The notes under the pieces: generated by a model
Told to the model about the DNA's origin: nothing
Seen by the model: only the letters and a program-made list of their open reading frames with translations
Databases searched by the model: none
In this document: piece after piece, positions 29,019-38,633 of the stretch
Layout: the number at the start of each line of letters is the position of its first letter
How positions within the stretch are numbered: the stretch's first letter is position 1
From: Nitrospirota bacterium
Lineage (GTDB): Bacteria; Nitrospirota; UBA9217
Length of the DNA stretch: 64,000 nucleotides
Direction of reading: 5' to 3'
Assembly (NCBI GenBank): GCA_963845065.1
Contig: CAWJQQ010000003.1
Coordinates: forward strand, 44,691-108,690
Program-made: the position numbers and the translations under genes

Positions 29019-30969
29019 CCCATCTTCTACACCTGCCAAAAAATAACTTCGCTAAAACAACATGATAAGGGCATCGAAAAGTAGCGTGGCACCACACCCT
29101 GCCATATTATTCCAACTCGATTATGATGACGAGATTTCAGCACCATTTACCTTTTGTGGTATCACGACCTTTGGCGGAATCGCCACTCCTGCAGCCTGAA
29201 ACACCTTTCCCGTATCGCCTTTTAATTCGGTCCTTAAAATAACTTCCTTGCCGTCGCTTGTAATCGTGATCTGCTTCAGTTCCTCTAGGTCCCGGAGCAT
29301 TTCGCCCCACTCAAGCTTCTGCTCATTGCGGCTATCCAATCGCTCCTGTAATTCCTTCATAAGGACAAGCGCAAGAAAACTACAGAAGACATGGCCCCGA
29401 ATCGTCTCGTCGCATTTATGATAAATCGGGCGCGTCGTCAGCACCGTTTTGGTGCTCCTGAAGATCTGCTCCACCATCCACAACTCTTTGTACGCGAGCG
29501 CAACCTCGCGCGCAGGCATGGGCATTGATGTCGTGAGGACCCACTTACCGTCATACCGTGCTTCCTGTTGAACTTTTTCTTCATCGATGACAAAGGCACT
29601 GCTGAAGCTCTTCACATATTTACGATACCCTTTGTTGCCAACCAGGCTCTTGCCTCCCTGCTTCAGTTTCTCCCGAAGAGATGCGATGATGGCTTCTCTA
29701 TCGGCGGCATCTTTCTTCCGCTGGTCTTCGTTAACGCACACGATATAGCGGCGTTCGCCTACCATGACGTTCTTCACTTTGAGCGGGGATGGGGCTTTAC
29801 TCTCCTTGCTTTTAGGATAGACCTCTTCGTATTTCCCTCCGCGGCTCAAAACCTCTTCACTCACTTCCTTCTGCCGCCGCATCCTCGCTCCCAGAATGTA
29901 ATCGATCTTTCGCTCATGCAAGTCGGACAGGGTCTTTTCGCTGATCATTCCCCGGTCTGCCACTATGCACGCCTGATTGATGCCGAAGCGGAGCCTCAGC
30001 CGGTCTATGATCGGCACGAGCGTCTTGACATCGGTTGTGTTTCCGGGCCACAACTCGCAACAAAGAGGTTTCCCGTGATGATCGATGATTGCGCCGACCA
30101 CCATCTGCTTGAGATCGGGCCGGTGGTCCTTGGAATGACCGTATGCGCCTATATCCTCGCCGCCCTCTCCTTCAAAGTAAATGCTCGTGGTGTCGAAAAA
30201 GACCAGCCGTAGATCGGCGAATAAATCTCGCCTGCGTCGGAATAGCTCTTCTTCGATCACATCCTTGGTGCAACGGGGAGAAAATCCGGTGGCCCCTTCC
30301 TGATCAGCATTGGAAAGGGGTTCGCCGAGCCATGCCATGGCCCGGTATAAATGGTGCAAATCGATTCCAGCGGTTCCTTCTATCCGGTAGCCAAGGCACC
30401 ATTGTTCAGCGGCACGATCTGAACCCGATACGCTCAAACGGTGCAGCACCGTAAGATAAATCGCCCGCTCGATGGAAAATTGATGTTTGCGCTCCCTGGC
30501 TGATGCCTCAAGCACTTTCTGTATTCCCAGCTCTTTCCATAACCGGCCGAATATCATCGGCAGGCCGATGCGCCTGGAATCCGTTTCAATCGCTTCTCCC
30601 TGTTTATGTGCGTCGATGACCGCGATCTGGTCGGAAAACTTGAGCCCAGACCGCAGCAAGCTATCAAATGCTCCTGTTTCCTTGAGCGCATCGAGCCGTC
30701 CAAGCGTGGCGATGACTTCCTGCTTCACCTTGCCTTGGTCGCGGCGGTTATGAACGATCTGAAGGTATTCTCGTGATTCGGAGCGTTTTACCCTGAAGAA
30801 CATAGCACCACAAATATATCATAATAATTATTAATTGCAAGTTATTTTTATATTAACGTGGCACTACATTTTGACCTGTTTTCCAAAAACGTTTTTTGTA
30901 ACCCTGTGAAATTAAACAACTCCACTCGCGCAAACAGTCCTTTTCTCGGCGGCAACTGTAGAAGATGGG
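29019..30969 (-). mobile_element. IS1634-family insertion sequence, copy A (1951 bp)
   Basis: Terminal IRs cccatcttctaca.. and ..tgtagaagatggg. 5-bp direct repeat CCAAA (29014..29018 and 30970..30974). By eye it is identical to 47960..49910. Confidence 0.9.
29121..30803 (-). CDS. IS1634-family (IS4-related) DDE transposase
   Basis: 560 aa. MFFRVKRSESREYLQIVHNRRDQGKVKQEVIATLGRLD is the N-terminus typical of this family. FFDTTSIYFEG, VADRGMIS, YKELWMVEQIFRSTK. Confidence 0.9.
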   Translation of the reverse strand: MFFRVKRSESREYLQIVHNRRDQGKVKQEVIATLGRLDALKETGAFDSLLRSGLKFSDQIAVIDAHKQGEAIETDSRRIGLPMIFGRLWKELGIQKVLEASARERKHQFSIERAIYLTVLHRLSVSGSDRAAEQWCLGYRIEGTAGIDLHHLYRAMAWLGEPLSNADQEGATGFSPRCTKDVIEEELFRRRRDLFADLRLVFFDTTSIYFEGEGGEDIGAYGHSKDHRPDLKQMVVGAIIDHHGKPLCCELWPGNTTDVKTLVPIIDRLRLRFGINQACIVADRGMISEKTLSDLHERKIDYILGARMRRQKEVSEEVLSRGGKYEEVYPKSKESKAPSPLKVKNVMVGERRYIVCVNEDQRKKDAADREAIIASLREKLKQGGKSLVGNKGYRKYVKSFSSAFVIDEEKVQQEARYDGKWVLTTSMPMPAREVALAYKELWMVEQIFRSTKTVLTTRPIYHKCDETIRGHVFCSFLALVLMKELQERLDSRNEQKLEWGEMLRDLEELKQITITSDGKEVILRTELKGDTGKVFQAAGVAIPPKVVIPQKVNGAEISSS

Positions 30970-31267
30970 CCAAAGACAAATGTTATTGCTGCCATGTGGA
31001 CAGAACAGAAAAGTACAATGATTTTCAATTCGTTCATGAAAAGCATGTTGTTCAAAAAAACAGATTGACTGCCTGTGATGTCATTCAAGGATAGAGCATG
31101 GAAAGATTGCTATGGCAGAAAAGATACCTATGCTTAAGTGATAAAGCTTTACCAAGTGAGACATTTAAGTAAAAGATTTCAGACCATGATGACGGCAACA
31201 GCCTTTGCTGAAGAGGGAGAGTTTAATTCAGACAGCAAACTAAACATAGCCCTATTTCTATTGGTTT

Positions 31268-31726
31268 TTATTGTTCTTTTTTTATTATTTTCCTTGCTTC
31301 ATCAATATCTCCTCCTTGAGCAAAAGCAATTGCTGTCATAAATCTTGAAAGCTTTTCCGAGAAAGCTTCTTTTATTTTGGCAAGTAATAAATCTATATCA
31401 GCAGGTTTCCTGAGGAAATCAAACCCTCCGAGTTTTTTTGCCTCTTCCTCGTCCTTATCTGTGCCATGCCCTGTCAGGATAATAACTTGGATTTCTCGTT
31501 TCATCTCTTTAATCTGCCGAAGAACCTCTATTCCATGGAGTCCTGGCATCTTCAGGTCTAGCACTATGACATCAGGCTCTATTTCCTTTATATAAGACAA
31601 TGCCTGTTCTCCATCATAAACAGTATCTACTAGTAACTTTCTCATCCTGAGTCTCTGAGCAAGCGTATTCACAAAAGCTACTTCATCATCAACAAGCAAT
31701 ACCTTTATGTCTTTATTTTTTTTCAT
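31268..31726 (-). CDS. Single-domain response regulator (CheY-like receiver) with a short C-terminal tail
   Basis: VLLVDDE...DVIVLDLKMPG...ILTGHG...LRKP, followed by the tail FMTAIAFAQGGDIDEARKIIKKEQ. Confidence 0.85.
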   Translation of the reverse strand: MKKNKDIKVLLVDDEVAFVNTLAQRLRMRKLLVDTVYDGEQALSYIKEIEPDVIVLDLKMPGLHGIEVLRQIKEMKREIQVIILTGHGTDKDEEEAKKLGGFDFLRKPADIDLLLAKIKEAFSEKLSRFMTAIAFAQGGDIDEARKIIKKEQ

Positions 31727-31843
31727 TGGTTACTCCTTCAAATTAGTTTTGCTAAAATTTGGCTGCCAATAGCGCTTTCCTATTTCGTTTCTTCAAGTTT
31801 AATCCCAATTTATATGAAAATCGTAAATTTATCATACATATTT

Positions 31844-32518
31844 TCAGCTCCTGTTACTGCTAGACAACAAGGAGACAGGTAGTATTATCGTCGTTTCATC
31901 TGCAGTTTTCTGAGAAATGTTCCCCCCCAACTGTTTTATAGTATGATTAAAAATCTCGTCTTTGCATATCACCTCCTCATCTGTTTCTATCAAATTTCCC
32001 TTAGGAATGATAGTGATTCCAATTGAGTCATTTGCATACGCCGTTTTGATAATAATCCTGCTGTTTTTATCAAGCTTCTTTAGATGCTTTTCAACAAGGC
32101 AAAATATAAGAAATTGAATCTTCAGTGGATTACTATAAATTAATGGCATGTTTGCAGCAAAGTCTTTTTCAAGATATATCATTTTCTGGTTTATAAATCT
32201 GTTTAGCAAGACCATAAGTTCTTCAATGCTATTATGAATATTGAAGGCAGATAAGTGCTTCTCCATTCCGTGTCCAAAGCCGTTAAGTTTGTCACAGAAA
32301 TATGTTGTTTTTTCAATTTGATTTTTTATGGATTGGGTTATTTTTAGAATCTCCTTTAAATCCTTTCGAGACGATGCTTTCCCTAACTCTATAATATCTC
32401 CTATCAATCCAGCTGACTCTTTTAAAATGGCAAGATGATTATTGATATCATGAGAAAATGCAGCTAAGATTTTCCCTATGAAACTAAATTGAGGGGTAAT
32501 TAATTCGTCGTATTCCAT
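31844..32518 (-). CDS. Soluble histidine-kinase-like protein with an H-box but a degenerate ATP-binding domain
   Basis: FSHDINNHLAILKESAG (HisKA-like). The C-terminal region shows no recognisable DxGxG or GxGLGL boxes. Confidence 0.6.
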   Translation of the reverse strand: MEYDELITPQFSFIGKILAAFSHDINNHLAILKESAGLIGDIIELGKASSRKDLKEILKITQSIKNQIEKTTYFCDKLNGFGHGMEKHLSAFNIHNSIEELMVLLNRFINQKMIYLEKDFAANMPLIYSNPLKIQFLIFCLVEKHLKKLDKNSRIIIKTAYANDSIGITIIPKGNLIETDEEVICKDEIFNHTIKQLGGNISQKTADETTIILPVSLLSSSNRS

Positions 32519-32528
32519 ATATTAACTC

Positions 32529-32912
32529 TTATGAATGTTTGCTTAAATTTCGTTTCTCATTGGCGTTGTTAATTTTTACGATTAATTTACTGATATCTAC
32601 TGGTTTAATTATACAATCAAATGGTCCGGTCGGAATTCCTTCACCAGTTCCCTCTGTTTCTGGTTGACCTGTTATTATAATAACTTCTATTGTAGGATCA
32701 AATTTTTTGATGGTTTTAAGAACCTCAAGGCCACCAATTCCAGGCATCCTTAGATCGAGTAATACCACATCTGGAGGATCACTTTGTGCGGTAGTAATTG
32801 CATCTTCAGCATTAAATACAGCCTTAACATCATAATTGCGGAGGGCCAATCGTTCTGCTAATGTTGATGCAAATTCCGCCTCATCATCTACTATAAGAAC
32901 CTTTGTGCTCAT
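32529..32912 (-). CDS. Single-domain response regulator (receiver)
   Basis: VLIVDDE...DVVLLDLRMPG...IITGQ...IKP. Its start overlaps the upstream kinase stop by 4 nt. Confidence 0.85.
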   Translation of the reverse strand: MSTKVLIVDDEAEFASTLAERLALRNYDVKAVFNAEDAITTAQSDPPDVVLLDLRMPGIGGLEVLKTIKKFDPTIEVIIITGQPETEGTGEGIPTGPFDCIIKPVDISKLIVKINNANEKRNLSKHS

Positions 32913-34627
32913 GTTACTTGTCCTTTAGTCAATTCTGAATTTGTTGGTATCTCCACAATAAACGTTGTTCCTTTACCTCCCTCACTCTCCAAAAAGATAT
33001 TACCGCCCAAATTCTTTACAATTCCGTTCGTTATGGAGAGGCCAAGGCCCGTTCCTTTCCCCTTTCCTTTAGTTGTAAAGAAAGGTTCAAAGATATGTTT
33101 CAGATCTTCACCTGAAATTCCATGCCCATTGTCTTTAATAGATACCTTAACCATGTTTTCATCCTTTATATCTGTAGAAACAGCTACAAGACCTCCATTT
33201 CCAACAGCATCTATAGCATTCTTTATAATATTCAGAAATACCTGTTGAAGCTGCCCTTTATCGCTCCTAACCTCTGGAAGATTCTCTTTGAGGTTTAGCT
33301 CTAAACGGATATTCTTGTATAAAATCTCTTTTTCGAGAAATACGGTTACATTTTTTATAATATCATTGAGGTTTAAGATTTCGATAGAGACTTCCGTTTT
33401 TCGTGCAAATCCTAAAATGCGATGGGTAACTGTTCGGCAGCGATTTATGCTTTCAAATATCGCATCCAGTAATTTTAAAAACCTCGTCTTATGCTTAAAA
33501 TCGTCTGACATTTCAAGAATGTCTTTCATTAATCCTGCCTTTTCGTTGATTATGGCAAGGGGATTATTTATTTCATGTGCCACGCCCGCTGCAAATAGTC
33601 CAAGTATGGCAAGTTTTTCAGTTGCTATAAGTTGTGCCTGCTTCTCGCCTAATTTCCCGACTGCCTCTGCAACGGCATTTTCAAGAATACTCTTTGCAAA
33701 CAGTATTTTTTCTTTCATCTGGTTAAATGACATTCCAAGGGAAGCAATCTCATCCTTCCCTTTGGCCTCTATCGTCTCTGAGAAATCTCCCATAGCAATC
33801 TTCTTCGTTATCTCTTCCAGCCTTTTTATAGGATTAGCTATATTTCTTGAAAGTTGTATTGTTATCACCGTTCCTAATACTATCATTATAAACAGTCCAA
33901 ATATAGCTAGTTTAGCAACCATCTTAAGTGTTAAGCTTATATATTCCCTCTCTTTCGTTGACAGCTTTTCTGTGAGGGACTGTATCTCTTTTGCTTTTGA
34001 TCTCATTTCATCTTCCAAGTCTTTTTCATATTGATACATTTCATAGTGGCTATGAACAAGAAGACGATATTTTTCAATCTCTTTGTTGCCTTCGAAATTT
34101 AGGGGCTTAAAAGATTTAAACACCTCGAACACTTTCTGGTCATTGTACAGCATGATATTTTGTTCATACCTTCTTAGAATCAAGAATTCATCAAGTTTTT
34201 TTCCCCTTAAACTTTTAGCAATTTGATTTCCTGCAGCTCTTATCATAACTATTAATTTTTCTTGTGATGTGAAGTTGTTTGTCAGATTATTAACATAATC
34301 CCCGTATTCGGTTATTGTCTTTTTCAGAATGATATAATTATCTGTTTCTATCGCTTTGATTATTTCAACCTTGATGCTATCTATATTCTTGTTTAATGCA
34401 AGGAGATATTCTCGCATCTCTTTAAGACTTTCTTCATTCGTAAACAGAAAAAAATTTTTTTCACTCCTCCTTACCTCAAGGACCTCATTGTTTATATCAT
34501 CCACAACTTCAACATAGGAGAATCTCATGGTGATTGCTTGGATCTCCTTGTATGAAAAAAAAACAAAGATAATTGCAGTGAATATGTAAAGGCTAAAACC
34601 GAGAAGAAGTTTGTCTCTTATTTTCAT
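32909..34627 (-). CDS. Membrane sensor histidine kinase (TM, sensor, TM, HAMP, HisKA, HATPase_c)
   Basis: 572 aa. HAMP-like IANPIKRLEE...GDFS, H-box AHEINNPLAII, N-box LNIIKNAIDA, DNGHGI, GTGLGLSI. Confidence 0.85.
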   Translation of the reverse strand: MKIRDKLLLGFSLYIFTAIIFVFFSYKEIQAITMRFSYVEVVDDINNEVLEVRRSEKNFFLFTNEESLKEMREYLLALNKNIDSIKVEIIKAIETDNYIILKKTITEYGDYVNNLTNNFTSQEKLIVMIRAAGNQIAKSLRGKKLDEFLILRRYEQNIMLYNDQKVFEVFKSFKPLNFEGNKEIEKYRLLVHSHYEMYQYEKDLEDEMRSKAKEIQSLTEKLSTKEREYISLTLKMVAKLAIFGLFIMIVLGTVITIQLSRNIANPIKRLEEITKKIAMGDFSETIEAKGKDEIASLGMSFNQMKEKILFAKSILENAVAEAVGKLGEKQAQLIATEKLAILGLFAAGVAHEINNPLAIINEKAGLMKDILEMSDDFKHKTRFLKLLDAIFESINRCRTVTHRILGFARKTEVSIEILNLNDIIKNVTVFLEKEILYKNIRLELNLKENLPEVRSDKGQLQQVFLNIIKNAIDAVGNGGLVAVSTDIKDENMVKVSIKDNGHGISGEDLKHIFEPFFTTKGKGKGTGLGLSITNGIVKNLGGNIFLESEGGKGTTFIVEIPTNSELTKGQVT

Positions 34628-34930
34628 GATGTATTACAGGATGACGACCCAACTAAAGCTAATGTTTTGCAGCAACTTCCTGCATCCTTCATAGTGTTCC
34701 TATCCCTTTAAAATTGCATTGTACATTTTATCTAATATTTTTATCATCCTCACTAACCATTATAGCGTATACCTTCCATGCTCAGGTCACCTTTTCAGTG
34801 AGGAATTACTTTTTCAACGGTAACATCATTTTCTCGTTATGCATGAGTTTCAAACCCTTGGCAAGGACATATTTGCCATCGTTCACCGTCATAACATCTC
34901 TCCTGAAACTATTCATGTTACACTCTTCTT

Positions 34931-35794
34931 TTATTTCACTATCAATACAGGGCATGGTGCGTTGAGCATTACTCTTTCCGTAATGCTGCCTATAATAGCC
35001 CTATTAATACTGTTCCATCCGTGAGTCCCCCTGATGATTAAGTCATTTTTCAGCCCTTTCGCTTTCTCAATGATCTTTTCTGCTTCGTCGCCTTCCGAAA
35101 TTTCAGTATTTATCTTCACACCATGCTCCATTGCGATTGTTTTTGCCTTTTCCACAATGTCCTCTGCGTCACGGCGGAGATTTTCCTTTATAGAGTTCGA
35201 TGAGATAAATTCTATCATTTCTTCATATCGTGGGATGACATAGAACACCCTGATTTCCGAACCGTCAATCTTTGCTAATTCGCACGCGCGTATCAATGCC
35301 TTTTTGCTGAATTCCGATCCGTCAAAAGAAACGAGGATGGACGCATATTTTCCGGTGCAATTATCACAGGGGTATTTTACAGTTAGGATATCGCAAGGGG
35401 AGTTTACGATGACCCTCTGAGTGACACTGCCTAAAAACAGTTTCTTTAAACCTTTTCTCCCGTGAGTACCTATGGCAATAAGGTCCGCATGCCTTGCGTT
35501 TGCAACGTTCACAAGGACATCATGAGGTTCACCCTCACAGATCAGCACCTCAAGTTCTCCTTTAAAACCAAACTCCGCCGATACCTTTTCCTGCATTTGA
35601 TAACATACTTTTCTACCCAACTCCAAACGTTTTTCACTCAGGCCAGGATCGATTACGAATTCTTCTGAATTAAAGAATACGGAATGCACCAGAACCGCCT
35701 TACCGCCGTGTCTCTTTATCCAGCGGGAGGATTCTAAAAGCGCAGCCTTACTACATTCGGAATCATCGTAGGCTACAACTATATTGTCATACAT
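34931..35794 (-). CDS. Tandem-domain universal stress protein
   Basis: 287 aa. Two USP modules ending ...AIGTHGRKG and ...IRGTHGWNS. Confidence 0.85.
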   Translation of the reverse strand: MYDNIVVAYDDSECSKAALLESSRWIKRHGGKAVLVHSVFFNSEEFVIDPGLSEKRLELGRKVCYQMQEKVSAEFGFKGELEVLICEGEPHDVLVNVANARHADLIAIGTHGRKGLKKLFLGSVTQRVIVNSPCDILTVKYPCDNCTGKYASILVSFDGSEFSKKALIRACELAKIDGSEIRVFYVIPRYEEMIEFISSNSIKENLRRDAEDIVEKAKTIAMEHGVKINTEISEGDEAEKIIEKAKGLKNDLIIRGTHGWNSINRAIIGSITERVMLNAPCPVLIVK

Positions 35795-35999
35795 ACTAAT
35801 GCGTACCTCCCTTTTTCTGAAAACCTGTCGAACACCGAAACTAACAATAAGGGCCGCGAGGTATAGATTATTATTCCATATGCGGCCGCATTGTTTTTTG
35901 CCATATCGACAACGCTATGAGGTTCTTTACATCAACACAAATTTCCCATAATAAACAATTAGTAACGTTGCACAGAGAGCCAGTCTAGAGGGATCGCCC

Positions 36000-36416
36000 T
36001 TAATGACCTCCTGACTTTAGTACACCCGACGCGGCAAGCATCAGAATTAAAACCTCTAAAATTCCGATGATGCCGAATACCATATCTTTCTTTCTGAAAA
36101 ATATCGGGATGATTCTGAGAAAACAGGGGATCGTCACTCCAGCAAGGAACGCTATGCCGACGAAATTAAGAAAATCGCCTTTGTCGAGCATGTACACCCA
36201 TGACCAGCCACGATGAATATGGGTAGCTGCAAGATATTTATTTGCCGGCATACTCCAGTATTTTGGAAGGTCATTAACCGGAACATGCGCTGGAAGTATT
36301 CCGCTCAGGTAAATGATGAATGTAACAATAATGATGAGCAACCCAGCTTTGACTCCAATTTCCAACACGTTAGCGTATGCAAGCTGCTCCTCTGTTGCCT
36401 TTACGTTCTTATCCAT
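36000..36416 (-). CDS. Small integral membrane protein (DUF1634-like), partner of TauE/SafE
   Basis: 138 aa with about 3 TM segments. Located immediately downstream of the TauE/SafE gene, the usual arrangement as I recall it. Confidence 0.55.
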   Translation of the reverse strand: MDKNVKATEEQLAYANVLEIGVKAGLLIIIVTFIIYLSGILPAHVPVNDLPKYWSMPANKYLAATHIHRGWSWVYMLDKGDFLNFVGIAFLAGVTIPCFLRIIPIFFRKKDMVFGIIGILEVLILMLAASGVLKSGGH

Positions 36417-36471
36417 AAAATTGCTCCTTATTATTAAGCTGTGTATTGCCGTGATTTCATTATTTTTTATT

Positions 36472-37437
36472 TCATATGCCCAGTCCCTTAAGCACTGCCC
36501 GCACCCCAGAAAAAAGGAGTATTGCTATTACAATGTACCGCACCGCAGTTGGTTTTGTTTTTGCCAACATTCTGACTCCCACAATAGATCCTAGCATAAT
36601 GCCCACAATAGAAGGAATCACCATCATCGGTAATACTGCGCCGTTATTGACATAAATCCAAGCCGCCGAAGTATCAGTAATGGAGAGCAGGAATTTGCTC
36701 GTTGCAACAGACACCTTTAAGGGCACTCCCAGCATAAGGTTGAGCACCGGTACATTCGCCCACCCGGCGCCAAGGCCAAACATGCCGGCCATTACCCCGA
36801 CGAGAACAAACGTAGCCAGGCCCTGCGGAGTCCTGTGTATATGCCAGCTAACTTCTTGACCGGATGACATCTCATAATAAATTCCGTTTATCCTGAGCGC
36901 TGTCGAAAGAGCATCAGGCTTTTTGACTACTGGATATACCGACTTTTTTGCTATCAGCATGATGCCGACAATACCCAAAATAGCAACACCAAGTGCAGTC
37001 TGGACTACATTCGTAGGCAACGCTAGCCCCAACATGGCCCCGACAATAGCGCATGCCGATGCTATAAGCCCCATAGGCAGCGCCAGACGCAAATCAGCCA
37101 TGTTTTTTTTCAACAGGCCCGGACCGGCTGCCAGTGCTCCGGACAGCGCAACAAGAAGCCCTGCGCCCCTTACAAAATCAAGATGAAAGGGGAAGAAACC
37201 CGATATTATGGGCACAAAAAGCACGCCACCACCGACACCACCTAATACGGCAACGATGCCCATTAAGAATGTAATTATAAATAATAGCAACGGCCACAAC
37301 CACCATGGGACATTCGATGATGCCACAGCCGCCGTTTCCGTAGTTGCATCGGTTGATGCCATTGCGAAGCCTGAGAAAGAGAGAGCAACCAAGGTAATTG
37401 TAAAAAATAATATTAGTGCTGCTGATCCTCTCGTCAT
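36472..37437 (-). CDS. TauE/SafE-family sulfite/anion exporter
   Basis: 321 aa, polytopic. VLGGVGGGVLFVPI and a second GLGAGW...P repeat half. Confidence 0.8.
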   Translation of the reverse strand: MTRGSAALILFFTITLVALSFSGFAMASTDATTETAAVASSNVPWWLWPLLLFIITFLMGIVAVLGGVGGGVLFVPIISGFFPFHLDFVRGAGLLVALSGALAAGPGLLKKNMADLRLALPMGLIASACAIVGAMLGLALPTNVVQTALGVAILGIVGIMLIAKKSVYPVVKKPDALSTALRINGIYYEMSSGQEVSWHIHRTPQGLATFVLVGVMAGMFGLGAGWANVPVLNLMLGVPLKVSVATSKFLLSITDTSAAWIYVNNGAVLPMMVIPSIVGIMLGSIVGVRMLAKTKPTAVRYIVIAILLFSGVRAVLKGLGI

Positions 37438-38039
37438 TGTTTTATTCCTTCCTTCTATCGTAATTGTAATTACTCGGCTCTTAATTCCTTAGCTGTTGTC
37501 AGATCTTTGGTTTTTGTCGGCAGAAGACCACTCTGTTTCTCTCACCTAACTTTCGTTCATGATACTTAGTTCAAATAAAAGCATATTACCCACGTGGGCA
37601 AACATCGATGTTAACAATCGAATATAATTAACGACATTCCTTACCTTAAGATTACCTGCGGTTTTGCAGCATGGACTCTTAATGTGGATATTATAACATA
37701 ACAGCAATCTTTTTTATCTTCAATATAAAAATAAATTTTTGTTTTCCAGCAGGGTTTGACATTATATTAGGGGTAAACCTGACGTAACAAATGTGGCTCA
37801 ATTATCGCAGTAATTCACCCTCTTTCTTTGCACTTGCTATGGCTTACTTTACGTCAGTTATGGACGTGCCGGTTAGATTAGAAGCGGATTCTAATCCTGA
37901 GTCCTGTTTTATTGCAAATAAGGCGATCCTGAACGTATCTGAGATAAATACCAAACCGTTCCTTCCCATGTTTACCTTTCTAAAGCGTCATTGAAGCTCG
38001 TCTGCCCACCTTTTGCCAAGACGCTTTTAAGAGTTGGCG

Positions 38040-38560
38040 TTATTGTTTCGGTTTGATTGGTATCCATATTTCCTCTTCTGAATTTGGGTCTTCATATTTA
38101 AATTTGTCTCCTAATATTTCAAAATGTGGTCTATTGTCCAAAGAGTATTCAGAATTTGGTAACCAAATCCCGAAAATATATTGAATGATTCAGGACCCGT
38201 GCTTGCATCTTCTTTATTTAAAAAAACGGCATAAAGTCCTCCTGATAATGTAATGGTTTCCATTTCACTAGGAACTGTATTAAAGTCCTTCACTTCAATA
38301 GTGGCCCATTTTCCAAATTCTGTGCTTGGGTTAAAATTGATAAAATATAAATCATCATATACTTGCAATGAATAAAGTTCTATGCCAATGTTGTTTTTAA
38401 TTTCTTTTCGTCTGGGCATAAAGTTTCGCAATAGTTCATTTGTTTTATTGTCGGACAAAGATATTATTATTCGTTTCCCAATTAGTTTTATTTTGGTTAT
38501 TGTTCCTATTTTCGGTTTCATAACGAAAATCGGAAAATTCAAGCTATATGCAACTTTCAC
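38040..38560 (-). pseudogene. GyrI-like small-molecule-binding domain protein with a frameshift near 38175
   Basis: ...ITLSGGLYAVFLNKEDASTGPE, then the family-typical IIQYIFGIWLPNSEYSLDNRPHFEILGDKFKYEDPNSEEEIWIPIKPKQ* continues in another frame down to a TAA at 38040..38042. Confidence 0.6.
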
Positions 38561-38633
38561 ACATGATTCAGGTTAAAATCTTGTTAACGTCGGGACAGGA
38601 GATGAAAAATTTCAAAGAAAGAATAAGATTTAC

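Larger units (their letters stand above)
28932..31094 (+). pseudogene. Small multihaem cytochrome c-like frame, 5'-truncated and split by IS1634 copy A
   Basis: After removing 29019..30974, an open frame reads ...GYKCMQCHTEMIKGDGVTPKDKCYCCHVDRTEKYNDFQFVHEKH..., with two CxxCH motifs at 28968..28982 and 30981..30995. No start codon exists after the upstream TAG at 28929. Confidence 0.45.

Noticed and set aside
35860-35900. gggccgcgag...atgcggccgc as a rho-independent terminator after the DUF1634 gene.
   Set aside because: Only a 6-bp stem is possible, with a loop of about 26 nt, and there is no U-tract.
37860-37910. A tRNA-like look to ccggttagattagaagcggattctaatcc (a GGTTAGA D-loop-like string plus a hairpin containing CTA).
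   Set aside because: No acceptor stem, T-arm (GTTCRANNC) or proper cloverleaf can be drawn. It is just an 8-bp hairpin in an AT-rich intergenic region.
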